Shown: positions 8,384 to 17,096, numbered from the stretch's first letter. The stretch: DNA of 32,000 nucleotides from Aciduliprofundum boonei T469 (GCF_000025665.1 NC_013926.1:210001-242000), one strand, 5' to 3'. Numbers and translations: made by a program. Notes: generated by a model not told the origin, from the sequence alone.

Positions 8384-9166
8384 TCATTTTTGCGTTATAA
8401 TTGTCACTTTCACATCTTCTCCATAATAGGGTGTGCGATAAACATCTAAAAATACAGGATCATAGGGCTTAGCTGCTATTCTTGCATCCTCTATATCCAC
8501 ATCACCCGTAAATAGCATAACCATATCTCCATCACTTATCCATGGTGAGTCAAGAGCATCGTTGATGGCAACCTCCAATTTATTCTTTCCAGAGCCAAAT
8601 CCTATGCCTATGCCCAATTCTCCCCTCAAGGGCACACTCAGCATGTTCTTAATGAGAATATTTCTAAAATCCAAAATTATATGCTTCATAACCTCTGGAG
8701 GAATGTTCATAGCAACTCGTATTTGAATATGTGAATAATGCTTCAAAAGCCCATCATTATCAAGTATGAAGTACATATCGTAGCTTTTTCTTATATCCTT
8801 CAAGGCCTCCCTGGCCAATTCTATTCTTCCACGATTCTCAGAAGAGAAGGGCAAGGTGAAAAGTCCTATCAGCTTGCTCTGACTTCTTTTAGACTTTCCC
8901 AAGATTCTAGCAATATTTGTACCCAGAACACCACCAAGGCCTGCAAGCACAAAAATGTATGGGCTGCTTATCCTAGAAATCCATGGAAAAGCCATATTTA
9001 TGAGCTTTTTATCCACGGTAGCATAAGCCATTACCTTTTTTTTATCCACTTTTATATCTCCATCATGCTCATTTATTAAGATAGGTCTTACAGAAAGCTG
9101 GGAAGTAACATACTCTGCAAATCTTACACCAGCGCCTCCACAGCCAAGAATGGTAAACATATCCAC
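8384..9166 (-). CDS. Short, divergent FtsZ/tubulin-superfamily paralogue with degenerate nucleotide-binding motifs
   Basis: 260 aa. FTILGCGGAGVRFAEYV resembles the archaeal FtsZ T1 region (V-G-C-G-G-A-G-x-N). FVLAGLGGVLGTNIARILG sits where the GGGTGTG signature should be. LFTLPFSSENRGR...YFILDNDGLL resembles VVTLPF-x-x-EG-x-x-R...VVIPN-D/E-KL. See findings. Confidence 0.6.
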   Translation of the reverse strand: MDMFTILGCGGAGVRFAEYVTSQLSVRPILINEHDGDIKVDKKKVMAYATVDKKLINMAFPWISRISSPYIFVLAGLGGVLGTNIARILGKSKRSQSKLIGLFTLPFSSENRGRIELAREALKDIRKSYDMYFILDNDGLLKHYSHIQIRVAMNIPPEVMKHIILDFRNILIKNMLSVPLRGELGIGIGFGSGKNKLEVAINDALDSPWISDGDMVMLFTGDVDIEDARIAAKPYDPVFLDVYRTPYYGEDVKVTIITQK

Positions 9167-9198
9167 ATTCCATAATGAACTTTAAATTATTAAACCTT

Positions 9199-9927
9199 TC
9201 ATAATTTTCTTCCAAAAACCATAAAGCCAGTGTGGGCAACTTCCACATTATCCGGCCTAGTTCCCATATCTCCCACAAGGATGTTACGCTTTATTATCTC
9301 TGTGGCTTCAAGGTCCACAAATCCCACGCTCTTCATCTTTCTATACACTCTTTCAAGCTGATTGTATGTAGGGATATAAGCCATAATGCATCCCGATTGC
9401 CTAAGGGCTTTTTTAGCCATATCCACCGCTTCCCATGGCTCTGGAATATCAAGAATGAACGCATCAACATCTCTCTCTTCCACATCCTTCCTTATATCTC
9501 CTTTCTTCAAGATCCAATGAGCCTGCAACCCTGCATTTTCCACATTTTTCTTTGCAATTGCAGCAAAATCATCTCTTAGCTCATATGTATAAACCTTGCC
9601 ATCGGGATATGTGTAATATAACAATGCAATACTCATGGCTCCAGATCCAGCACCTCCTTCAACCACACGCCATCCACTTCTTATTCCGCATCGTGCTATT
9701 ATGTAGGCAGCATCTTTAAGCGCTATAATTTGAGCCTTTCTCTTTATGGTACTTATGTAGTCATATAAATTGCTTCTAAGTACATAAACCTCCCTTGTTC
9801 CTAACTTGGCTTTGCCTTCCTTTAGATCCTTAAGCACTGCGAAATCTCCTATGTGGTACATGCCATTCTTCCTAGCAAGGTATCTTCTTTTCCCATCCAG
9901 AACAGTTAGCATATATGCTAATCGCAT
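9199..9927 (-). CDS. trmI: tRNA (adenine-N1)-methyltransferase TrmI (Gcd14 family)
   Basis: N-terminal beta-domain followed by SAM motif I VVEGGAGSGAMSIAL and DAFILDIPEPW, typical of TrmI/Gcd14. Confidence 0.85.
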   Translation of the reverse strand: MRLAYMLTVLDGKRRYLARKNGMYHIGDFAVLKDLKEGKAKLGTREVYVLRSNLYDYISTIKRKAQIIALKDAAYIIARCGIRSGWRVVEGGAGSGAMSIALLYYTYPDGKVYTYELRDDFAAIAKKNVENAGLQAHWILKKGDIRKDVEERDVDAFILDIPEPWEAVDMAKKALRQSGCIMAYIPTYNQLERVYRKMKSVGFVDLEATEIIKRNILVGDMGTRPDNVEVAHTGFMVFGRKL

Positions 9928-9997
9928 AGGAAATTAAAGAATTTTTGCAATGATGGACAAAAAATATAAATAATGGCTCTCATTTGGAGGATTTGTA

Positions 9998-10294
9998 ATG
10001 AAAAAGGTAATAACTGGACTTCCGGATGAGCTGTTTGCCTTGGAGGAGATTTCCAAGGAGCAGCAAGTGATAAAAATATACACAGATAAAAGGAGATACG
10101 GGAAAACAGTGACTATAATAGAGGGGTTTGATCCGAAAGATGTAGATCTGAAAGACATGGCTAGAGCTCTGCGTAAGAAAACGGCTTCTGGTGGAACGGT
10201 GAAGGACGGACGCATTGAACTTCAAGGGGATCAGAGAGAGAAAGCCAGAAAATTCTTGGAATCTCAGGGTTATACTGTTGAAATCATAGAGTAA
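9998..10294 (+). CDS. Translation initiation factor aSUI1 (eIF1 homologue)
   Basis: 98 aa with TIIEGF...LKDMARALRKKTASGGTVKDGRIELQGDQREK, the SUI1 domain signature. GGAGGA lies 8 nt upstream of the ATG and a TATA-like AAATATAAATA lies further upstream. Confidence 0.92.
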   Translation: MKKVITGLPDELFALEEISKEQQVIKIYTDKRRYGKTVTIIEGFDPKDVDLKDMARALRKKTASGGTVKDGRIELQGDQREKARKFLESQGYTVEIIE

Positions 10295-10296
10295 TT

Positions 10297-12498
10297 ATGC
10301 CAGAGCAAGACATTTTGGAACTCGTAGATGAACTTGTAAAGGAAGCAAAGCGCTGTAACCAGCGCAGGCTTATAGTCATAGCTGATAAGAGGGAAAGGGG
10401 TATAGCGCTCCTGCAAGAGATTTTAAGCAAGGTGCAATTGAGCAGGAAAATTACATTTGCAAAAACCATAGATTTCAAGGTACCCGGAGAGATTGAGGAA
10501 TTAAAGAACTCCGAGAAATATTTAGGCACGAATTATGAGCTTTTAGCTATGGATTTGCACCATTCTTTCATTCCGAACGACTTGGGAAAATTGATAAACA
10601 TTGTAGAAGGGGGAGGATTGATCATTCTCTTAACTCCGCCATTTGAGAATTGGCCTAAAATGAGAAATTTCTTCCATGAGGTTATTTTAACTCCCCCATA
10701 CACTATGGACGATATAAAGGGAAACTTTGCAAGATGGGTTATCAAAAAATTGAAAGAGCACAATGGAATAACGATAATCGAGAATGGAAAGATAACAAAA
10801 AGGGGAAATTTGAATTGCGAGAAGAGAGATAGAAAAATTGAAATACCGAAGAAAACAAGATTTCCCAGAGATGCCTACGAAATGTGCATGAGCCAAGACC
10901 AGGTTAGAGTTTTACAAACAATCGAAAGGATAGGCAAACATGGGGTAGTAATTATCACGGCAGATAGAGGACGAGGAAAGAGCAGTGTGCTCGGCATTGC
11001 TGCAGGCATGCTTGCTGGAAAATTAAAGAGAATTGGTATAACGGCTCCAGATTTCTCGAATATCAAGGAGATCTTCAGGTTCTTTGAGATAAGCGCTAGA
11101 GTGAGAGATTTAAAAGTGAAAAGAAGATGGAAAAGCATCGTATCTAAAAATTTCAAAATCGAGTATGTAGAACCAGTGAATGTAGAGCCGAAAAAGTACG
11201 ATTTACTTATAGTAGATGAGGCCGCGGGTATTCCAGTACCACTCTTGCTTAAGTATTTAAAATCGAAGAGGGTTATATACTCTACAACCACGCATGGCTA
11301 CGAAGGAACAGGGCGCTCTTTCTCAATAAGGTTTATGAAGGAAGTTAGAAGGAGGGTGAAGAATTTAATATTGATAGAGATGAACGAACCAATAAGATAC
11401 AGCAAAGATGACCCAGTTGAAAGATGGCTATTTGATACCTTGCTCCTAGACTCAGAGCCACCAAAGCTCGAAAAGGTGGAAATTGAAAAATTAGAGTACA
11501 AGAAATACGAAATTGAAGAGTTGCTAAGTGATGAGAATAAACTGAGAGAGTACTATGGCATATTTGTCCTTGCTCACTATAGAAACAACCCCAACGATTT
11601 TGGAATACTTTGTGATGCCCCCAACCATGAAATAAGAACTCTGGAGTACAATGGGCATGTTGTATGCTCAGTGCAGCTTGCAAGAGAGGGAGGTATTGAA
11701 AAATATGTGGATGAGCTCTACTACGGAACAACTCCTCCAGGGAATATAGTGCCAGATGTTATGATAAAGCACCACAGAATGAAGGATTTTGCAAAATATT
11801 CAGGATTTAGAATTGTTAGAATTGCAACGCATCCAGAGTTTATGGATATGGGCATTGGAAGTTTGATGCTTGAAAATATAAAAAGAGAGCAAGGAGATTG
11901 GATTGGCTCTTCCTTCGGTGCTACTGAGCGCCTTATGCACTTCTGGACAAGAAACGAATTCTATCCAATACATATATCTCCAAAAATAAATGAAAGTACA
12001 GGCGAGTATTCAGTGGTGATAATTTATCCTAAGAAGGATGATATAAAAGAAAAGGTTGAGATGGCGAGAAGAAAATTCGGAGAGAGATTCATAACGAGTT
12101 TGGGAGAGATACACAAACACATGGAGCCAGAAATTGCAAGAGAAATTCTTAACTCTTTGCCGAAGTATAAGAATTTAGAACTTGACCCGATTGACTGGAA
12201 GAGATTGATAGTGTATTCCTGGGGCCCTGGAAATTATGAGACTATGGTGGATGTGATTTACAGAATTGCATCCTCTTACTTCTTTCTAAAGTGCAAGCCA
12301 AAATTGAGCAGAGAACAGGAGATAATTCTAATATCAAAGGTATTGCAGCACGGGCAATGGGAAGAGGTTGGAAGGGGCATAGGAAAAGGTGGTACTTATG
12401 TGGTCATAGAATTGCGCGAGATAATGAGAAAATTCATAGGAGGAAGATACAATGACGAGGTACTTGAATTTCAGCGAAGATTTCATGGAGAAAATTAA
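10297..12498 (+). CDS. tmcA: tRNA/RNA cytidine N4-acetyltransferase TmcA (Nat10/Kre33 homologue)
   Basis: 733 aa. DUF1726-like N-terminal region, helicase-type P-loop ITADRGRGKSS, LLIVDEAA (Walker B), and a GNAT core RIVRIATHPEFMDMGIGSLML. Confidence 0.92.
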   Translation: MPEQDILELVDELVKEAKRCNQRRLIVIADKRERGIALLQEILSKVQLSRKITFAKTIDFKVPGEIEELKNSEKYLGTNYELLAMDLHHSFIPNDLGKLINIVEGGGLIILLTPPFENWPKMRNFFHEVILTPPYTMDDIKGNFARWVIKKLKEHNGITIIENGKITKRGNLNCEKRDRKIEIPKKTRFPRDAYEMCMSQDQVRVLQTIERIGKHGVVIITADRGRGKSSVLGIAAGMLAGKLKRIGITAPDFSNIKEIFRFFEISARVRDLKVKRRWKSIVSKNFKIEYVEPVNVEPKKYDLLIVDEAAGIPVPLLLKYLKSKRVIYSTTTHGYEGTGRSFSIRFMKEVRRRVKNLILIEMNEPIRYSKDDPVERWLFDTLLLDSEPPKLEKVEIEKLEYKKYEIEELLSDENKLREYYGIFVLAHYRNNPNDFGILCDAPNHEIRTLEYNGHVVCSVQLAREGGIEKYVDELYYGTTPPGNIVPDVMIKHHRMKDFAKYSGFRIVRIATHPEFMDMGIGSLMLENIKREQGDWIGSSFGATERLMHFWTRNEFYPIHISPKINESTGEYSVVIIYPKKDDIKEKVEMARRKFGERFITSLGEIHKHMEPEIAREILNSLPKYKNLELDPIDWKRLIVYSWGPGNYETMVDVIYRIASSYFFLKCKPKLSREQEIILISKVLQHGQWEEVGRGIGKGGTYVVIELREIMRKFIGGRYNDEVLEFQRRFHGEN

Positions 12499-12772
12499 AA
12501 GAGGAGAGAAAAGAGCCACGCTGAGATTGGGGGTAAAGGACTATAAGGTTGGAGAGGAAGTGGCAATAAGGTGCGGAGATAAGATAATAGGAAAGGCAGT
12601 AATAAAAAGCGTAAATTACAAAAAATTCAAAGAGCTAAGTCAAGAGGATATAATTTTAGACGGCTACAAAAAAAAGGATGAACTAAAATCTGCTTTAGAG
12701 AAATTCTACGGAAAATTCTCTGAAGACAATATATTCACGCAGATAATCTTTGAGTTAAGTGAAGTACATTAG
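12452..12772 (+). CDS. ASCH-domain protein (PUA-like fold; YqfB-like candidate N4-acetylcytidine amidohydrolase or ac4C reader)
   Basis: 106 aa. The N-terminal LNFSEDFMEKIKRGEKRATLRLG carries the ASCH G-x-K-x-x-T-x-R motif. The ORF overlaps the 3' end of tmcA by 47 nt, or by 14 nt if ATG 12485 is used. Confidence 0.7.
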   Translation: MTRYLNFSEDFMEKIKRGEKRATLRLGVKDYKVGEEVAIRCGDKIIGKAVIKSVNYKKFKELSQEDIILDGYKKKDELKSALEKFYGKFSEDNIFTQIIFELSEVH

Positions 12773-13276
12773 GGATGGCTCTTCTTCCTTTTCACCCATT
12801 ATGGATGCTCTTAGAGCTTTGAGAGATGAATTAAACGCTTTAAATATTCTCCTTCCTCTGTTAGTTTCTAACTCCATTTTCTTCATTATCTTCTCAGCAG
12901 AGCTCAATTTCCTCAAATTCATACTATGATTGAATGAGTTCATAAGAGAGAAGAAATTTCCGAGCCAGATTTGAACTTTCGTATAGTTGAGAATTATATC
13001 CTCCATAATTTTGTAATTTTTGTTTGAGGGAGGAGTAGATGAATACATATCCATTATCCACTGCATTGCCTTTGTATCCATATCGTAACCTTTCAAGTAG
13101 GTGGTATAACCCTCAACTCTCTTGCTCACAGATGAGAATCTTTTGAAAAGTTTTAATACCCTTTTATTCGGCTTTTTCTTTCCAAGTTCAAGCTCTAAAA
13201 GTGCCTTTTGGTCATCACTCAAATATGCAATATCAATAACCGTAAATCCATACTTGGCGAGAGTTTTCTCATCCAT
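12755..13276 (-). CDS. Hypothetical protein (helical, lysine-rich)
   Basis: 173-aa ORF. A TATA-like GTTTATATTG lies about 25 nt upstream of the ATG on the minus strand. No recognisable motif. Confidence 0.45.
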   Translation of the reverse strand: MDEKTLAKYGFTVIDIAYLSDDQKALLELELGKKKPNKRVLKLFKRFSSVSKRVEGYTTYLKGYDMDTKAMQWIMDMYSSTPPSNKNYKIMEDIILNYTKVQIWLGNFFSLMNSFNHSMNLRKLSSAEKIMKKMELETNRGRRIFKAFNSSLKALRASIMGEKEEEPSLMYFT

Positions 13277-13359
13277 GGGAATAAAGGTTCGTAATGCAAT
13301 ATAAACATTCGCATGAAATTTTCTTCAAAAAGTATATAAACCTCGGGCTCTATATTTTC

Positions 13360-13917
13360 ATGGCGAGGGCTATGAAGAGCATAACCGTTGAAGAAGTAAT
13401 GTCTAGAAATCCACGCATAGTATCTGGGGAGCTCACAGTGGAAGAGGGGGCAAAAATTCTGAAAGATTTAGGCATAAGCACACTCATCATAGAGGAGGAG
13501 GGCAAGCCCGTTGGTATCGTAACAGATAGAGATTTTGTTACAAAAATCATTGCGGAGGGACTACCTCCAAGTACAAAATTGAGAGACATAATGAGCACTC
13601 CAATAATTATGATTCCACACAAAGAGAATTTAGAGGATGCTGCAAAGATAATGACCCGGAGGAAAATAAGAAAATTACCCGTAATAAAGGATGATAAAAT
13701 CGTAGGCATACTTTCCGAGAACGATATTGCGAGAATCTCCCCGGACCTCATAGCCCTCGCCCAAGAGTATGCAAATATTCATCAAGAGAATTCAGAGAAG
13801 GAGAAAATGGAGGAGTACATTGCAGGAAAATGCGAGGTATGTGGCCAATTCTCCCTACGCTTAACCCTGTACAACGGCATGCTCGTTTGTCCAGAATGCC
13901 TCGATTCCATGAGGTGA
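13360..13917 (+). CDS. CBS-pair domain protein with a C-terminal zinc ribbon
   Basis: Two CBS repeats (VSGELTVEEGAKIL...IVTDRDF and IPHKENLEDAAKIM...ILSENDI) followed by C-E-V-C-G...C-P-E-C. Start set at ATG 13360, with TATA-like AGTATATAAA about 20 nt upstream; the track start at 13294 adds a non-conserved extension. Confidence 0.8.
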   Translation: MARAMKSITVEEVMSRNPRIVSGELTVEEGAKILKDLGISTLIIEEEGKPVGIVTDRDFVTKIIAEGLPPSTKLRDIMSTPIIMIPHKENLEDAAKIMTRRKIRKLPVIKDDKIVGILSENDIARISPDLIALAQEYANIHQENSEKEKMEEYIAGKCEVCGQFSLRLTLYNGMLVCPECLDSMR

Positions 13918-13921
13918 TTTT

Positions 13922-14320
13922 ATGGATAGAATCTATGTTACGAAAGAGGAGATTTTGAAAATTGAAGAGATGTACATGGATATAATGTCCTATGCCTCCA
14001 TAGGTCTGCTACTCAGAACCGGAGAGAGCATAGGAGATGTAATAACAGAAAGATTACCGAGAGAAGATTATTTTGAATCCCTCAAAGATATCTTGAAACT
14101 GAGAGGTTGGGTTGACGATATCGAGTTTGAGAAAGATAAAGTTATAGTAAAGGGCTCCGTGGAGGTTCATAAATCAAAATTTCCCACCTGTCATATTCTG
14201 CGGGGAATAATAAGAAAAATCTACGAAAATTACTACAAGACAATTGTAAATGTGGAGGAGGAGAAGTGCGAGAGCATGGGTGATGATAATTGCGTGTTCA
14301 AGATAAGCATGGTGGGGTGA
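13922..14320 (+). CDS. V4R (4-vinyl reductase-like) small-molecule-binding domain protein
   Basis: 132 aa ending in EEKCESMGDDNCVFKIS, the C-x-x-x-G-D-x-x-C-x-F signature I associate with V4R/COG1719 proteins. Confidence 0.6.
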   Translation: MDRIYVTKEEILKIEEMYMDIMSYASIGLLLRTGESIGDVITERLPREDYFESLKDILKLRGWVDDIEFEKDKVIVKGSVEVHKSKFPTCHILRGIIRKIYENYYKTIVNVEEEKCESMGDDNCVFKISMVG

Positions 14321-14325
14321 AAGAG

Positions 14326-14598
14326 ATGAAAGGATATGCAATAATTGGTAAGGATGGAAAATTCATAGAGGGAAGATTACCTGATGGTTTAGATAAGGAT
14401 AAGTTTTGCATAATGTGTGCAGCCGCCTTTGGCTCGGGTTATACCGCTCAGAGAGAGATTAAAGATATGACATTCAAAGTTGTTATAGAAGGAGGAAAAG
14501 ATAACATAATAATAAGAGAATTTGACCAGAAAAAATTGGTGGTAATAATAGGAAGCGAAGAAGATTTAGAGAAATTCATGAAAGGTGAATATCTATGA
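14326..14598 (+). CDS. Roadblock/LC7 (MglB-like) domain protein
   Basis: About 90 aa. MKGYAIIGKDGKFIEG ... VVIEGGKDNIIIREF...LVVIIG fits the alternating beta/alpha pattern of Roadblock/LC7. ATG 14326 is preceded by a GGTGGGGTGA SD-like sequence, and the stop overlaps the next gene's start. Confidence 0.5.
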   Translation: MKGYAIIGKDGKFIEGRLPDGLDKDKFCIMCAAAFGSGYTAQREIKDMTFKVVIEGGKDNIIIREFDQKKLVVIIGSEEDLEKFMKGEYL

Positions 14599-15317
14599 AA
14601 AATGTAATAGTTACAGGAGCCTCAAGGGGCATAGGGAGGGCAATAGCAATTGAACTAGCCAAAAGAGGATACAGAGTAGGAATAAACTATAATAAATCAG
14701 AAAAAGAGGCAAGAGAGCTTGCAAATCTTATAAATGAGAAATACGGTGAGGCGCATCCATATAAGGCAGATGTTAGCTCATATCAAGAGATTAAGAATAT
14801 GGTTGATTCCTTTCACAATGATTTTGGGGAGATATACGGGCTCGTGGCAAACGCTGGAATTTACATAAGAAAGAGAATGAGGGAGATGACCATAGAGGAC
14901 TGGAAAAGAACAATAGATGTGAATTTAAACGGAGCATTTTATCTCGTAAAGGCGTCCTTGCCTTACATATCCTATGGCTCGATAGTTTTCATTGCATCTC
15001 AGCTTGCCTTCAAAGGGTCTGAAAGTAGCGTAGCTTATGGAGCATCCAAAGCAGGAATTTTAGGATTAATGCGTTCTCTCGCACTTCAACTAGCTCCAGA
15101 TATCCGGGTAAATGCGGTTGCTCCTGGCACAATTGATACGGATATGATATCCACATACACCCCTAAGCAAAGGAGGGAGAGAGAAGAGAAGATACCATTA
15201 AAGAGAATTGGCAAACCGAACGAGGTAGCAAAAGTCGTTGCCTTCCTGCTAAGCGAAGATTCCTCATACATAACAGGAGCTACCATTGATGTGAATGGAG
15301 GACTCTACATAAGATGA
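14595..15317 (+). CDS. Short-chain dehydrogenase/reductase (FabG-like 3-oxoacyl reductase)
   Basis: TGASRGIGRAIA (cofactor motif), NAG, catalytic S...YGASKAG (Y-x-x-x-K), PGTIDTDM. Confidence 0.88.
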   Translation: MKNVIVTGASRGIGRAIAIELAKRGYRVGINYNKSEKEARELANLINEKYGEAHPYKADVSSYQEIKNMVDSFHNDFGEIYGLVANAGIYIRKRMREMTIEDWKRTIDVNLNGAFYLVKASLPYISYGSIVFIASQLAFKGSESSVAYGASKAGILGLMRSLALQLAPDIRVNAVAPGTIDTDMISTYTPKQRREREEKIPLKRIGKPNEVAKVVAFLLSEDSSYITGATIDVNGGLYIR

Positions 15318-15351
15318 AAGATTTTAATTATTAAATGGACATAAACCCAGG

Positions 15352-15972
15352 ATGCTGGTTATATTTGATCTCGATGGCACATTGATCGATACGAAGCAGG
15401 AAATCTTAGCTGTTTTCTCTCAGGCCTTTGAAAATTTAGGAAAAAAATTAGATTACTCAAAGATGGAGAAGAATATAGGGCTACCATTGGAAGAACTCTT
15501 AGAAGCTTTGCTAGGCAAATACGATAAGAGATTTGAGGAGGAAATAAAAAGGATTTATTACTCTCCTAGAGAGAGAAAGATAAGAATATTTCCGGGGTTA
15601 GATGAGCTCATTAAAAATGATGGCTTTAAAAAGGCCATACTTACATCGAAAAGAAGAAAAACTGCTCTTACAGATTTAAAATACCTTGGCATTGACAATT
15701 ATTTCCCAATAATAATTGGAGCGGATGATGTTGAAAAAAGAAAACCCTGTAAAGAAGGAATTGAGAAGATAATAGAGCTTGCAAACTGCAAAGATAGAAA
15801 AAAAGTTTTCATGGTAGGAGATACCGAGATGGATATACTCGCTGCAAAGAGAGCAGGAGTAAAAAGTGTAGCAGTTACTTGGGGATTTAGAGATGAGAAT
15901 TTTTTGAAAAAATATGAGCCAGATTACATAGCTCGCAATTCTAAAGAGCTTAAGGATATCCTAGGACTCTAA
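15352..15972 (+). CDS. HAD-superfamily hydrolase (phosphoglycolate phosphatase/PpaX-like subfamily IA)
   Basis: Motif I FDLDGTLIDT, motif II ILTSK, motifs III/IV K...MVGDTEMDILAAKRAG. Confidence 0.85.
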   Translation: MLVIFDLDGTLIDTKQEILAVFSQAFENLGKKLDYSKMEKNIGLPLEELLEALLGKYDKRFEEEIKRIYYSPRERKIRIFPGLDELIKNDGFKKAILTSKRRKTALTDLKYLGIDNYFPIIIGADDVEKRKPCKEGIEKIIELANCKDRKKVFMVGDTEMDILAAKRAGVKSVAVTWGFRDENFLKKYEPDYIARNSKELKDILGL

Positions 15973-16619
15973 GCCCACCTATGACCATATTTACCCACCA
16001 TAGGTACAAAGGCCACATCTCCCCAAACTCTCTTTTTTAAACCATTTCTCTCTTTCTTTATCACATACAACTCTTGAAAAAATGTTCCGCCTATGGGAAT
16101 TACCATTATGCCCCCGATTTTCAATTGCTCTATCAGAGGAGAAGGTACATCTGGAGCTCCGCAGGTTACAATTATCCTATCGTAAGGCGCTTCGGCTTCA
16201 TATCCACCAGAGCCATCGCCGAGCAAAATTCTTACCTTGGACCTGCAAGGACATTTCTCCATATTCTTTTTTGCCATATCTCTCAGCGCAGGTATTCTCT
16301 CTATGGTGTAAACCTCAGCTCCAGCGCATGCCATAAGACAGGCATTATAGCCAGAGCCCGTGCCTATCTCCAGGACTTTAGCTCCTTCAAATAATTCCAG
16401 TAATTCAAGCATTATTGCAACCATACTTGGCGCACTTATGGTCTGGGCATGCCCTATGGGCAAAGGATCGTCAAAATACGCTTTATCCCTATACTCCTCA
16501 GGCACAAAATTCGCCCTGTCCACCTTCAAGAAGGCTTCTTTTATTCTCTCACTTTTTATGTACCCGTACATCGCCAATGTCTCAACCATATGCTCATTAT
16601 TCACAAGCAAATATCTCAA
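15969..16619 (-). CDS. pcm: Protein-L-isoaspartate O-methyltransferase
   Basis: VDRANFVP, QTISAPSMVA and the SAM motif VLEIGTGSGYNA. Confidence 0.92.
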   Translation of the reverse strand: MRYLLVNNEHMVETLAMYGYIKSERIKEAFLKVDRANFVPEEYRDKAYFDDPLPIGHAQTISAPSMVAIMLELLELFEGAKVLEIGTGSGYNACLMACAGAEVYTIERIPALRDMAKKNMEKCPCRSKVRILLGDGSGGYEAEAPYDRIIVTCGAPDVPSPLIEQLKIGGIMVIPIGGTFFQELYVIKKERNGLKKRVWGDVAFVPMVGKYGHRWA

Positions 16620-16694
16620 TGCTCTTTAAAAACTTTATTTTAAGAGAAATGATTTTATATTCGTAATATTTATACTTAAAAAGGGGTTGATGTT

Positions 16695-17096
16695 ATGGAT
16701 GAAGAAACTACACAAACAGAATATTATGCACAACCACTGCCACCTGAGGCAGAGAGCATAAAGAGCTTGGTGAAAATAACAGGGATCATATCGTTGGTTT
16801 TTGGAATACTAAACCTAATCTGGGGAATTGCAGGGATTATAGTGATAGTAGGAATCGTAGGAATAATATTCGGAATAATTGATTTGCTTATTTGGAGTAA
16901 CTGCAAGAAGATAAACGGACTCATAGACCAGCGCAACTACAAGGAAGCAAAGGACAAAACTCTGATATGGATGATCATAGGATTCATATTTGGTGGCCTT
17001 ATACCAGGCATCTTACTGCTGATTGCTTACATAAAATACGATGAGGTTATACGCATTTCCCAGCAGTCAACCGTGCCACCGCCACCACCATCCTAA
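16695..17096 (+). CDS. Hypothetical small membrane protein (3 TM, glycine/isoleucine-rich helices, PPPPP C-terminus)
   Basis: 133-aa ORF with clear hydrophobic segments. No family recognised. Confidence 0.5.
   Translation: MDEETTQTEYYAQPLPPEAESIKSLVKITGIISLVFGILNLIWGIAGIIVIVGIVGIIFGIIDLLIWSNCKKINGLIDQRNYKEAKDKTLIWMIIGFIFGGLIPGILLLIAYIKYDEVIRISQQSTVPPPPPS

Noticed and set aside
16622-16650. Imperfect A/T-rich palindrome CTCTTTAAAAACTTTATTTTAAGAG in the pcm / membrane-protein divergent spacer.
   Set aside because: It is imperfect (one bulge) and A/T-rich, and sits where two TATA-like promoter elements are expected anyway. It cannot be distinguished from chance by eye.
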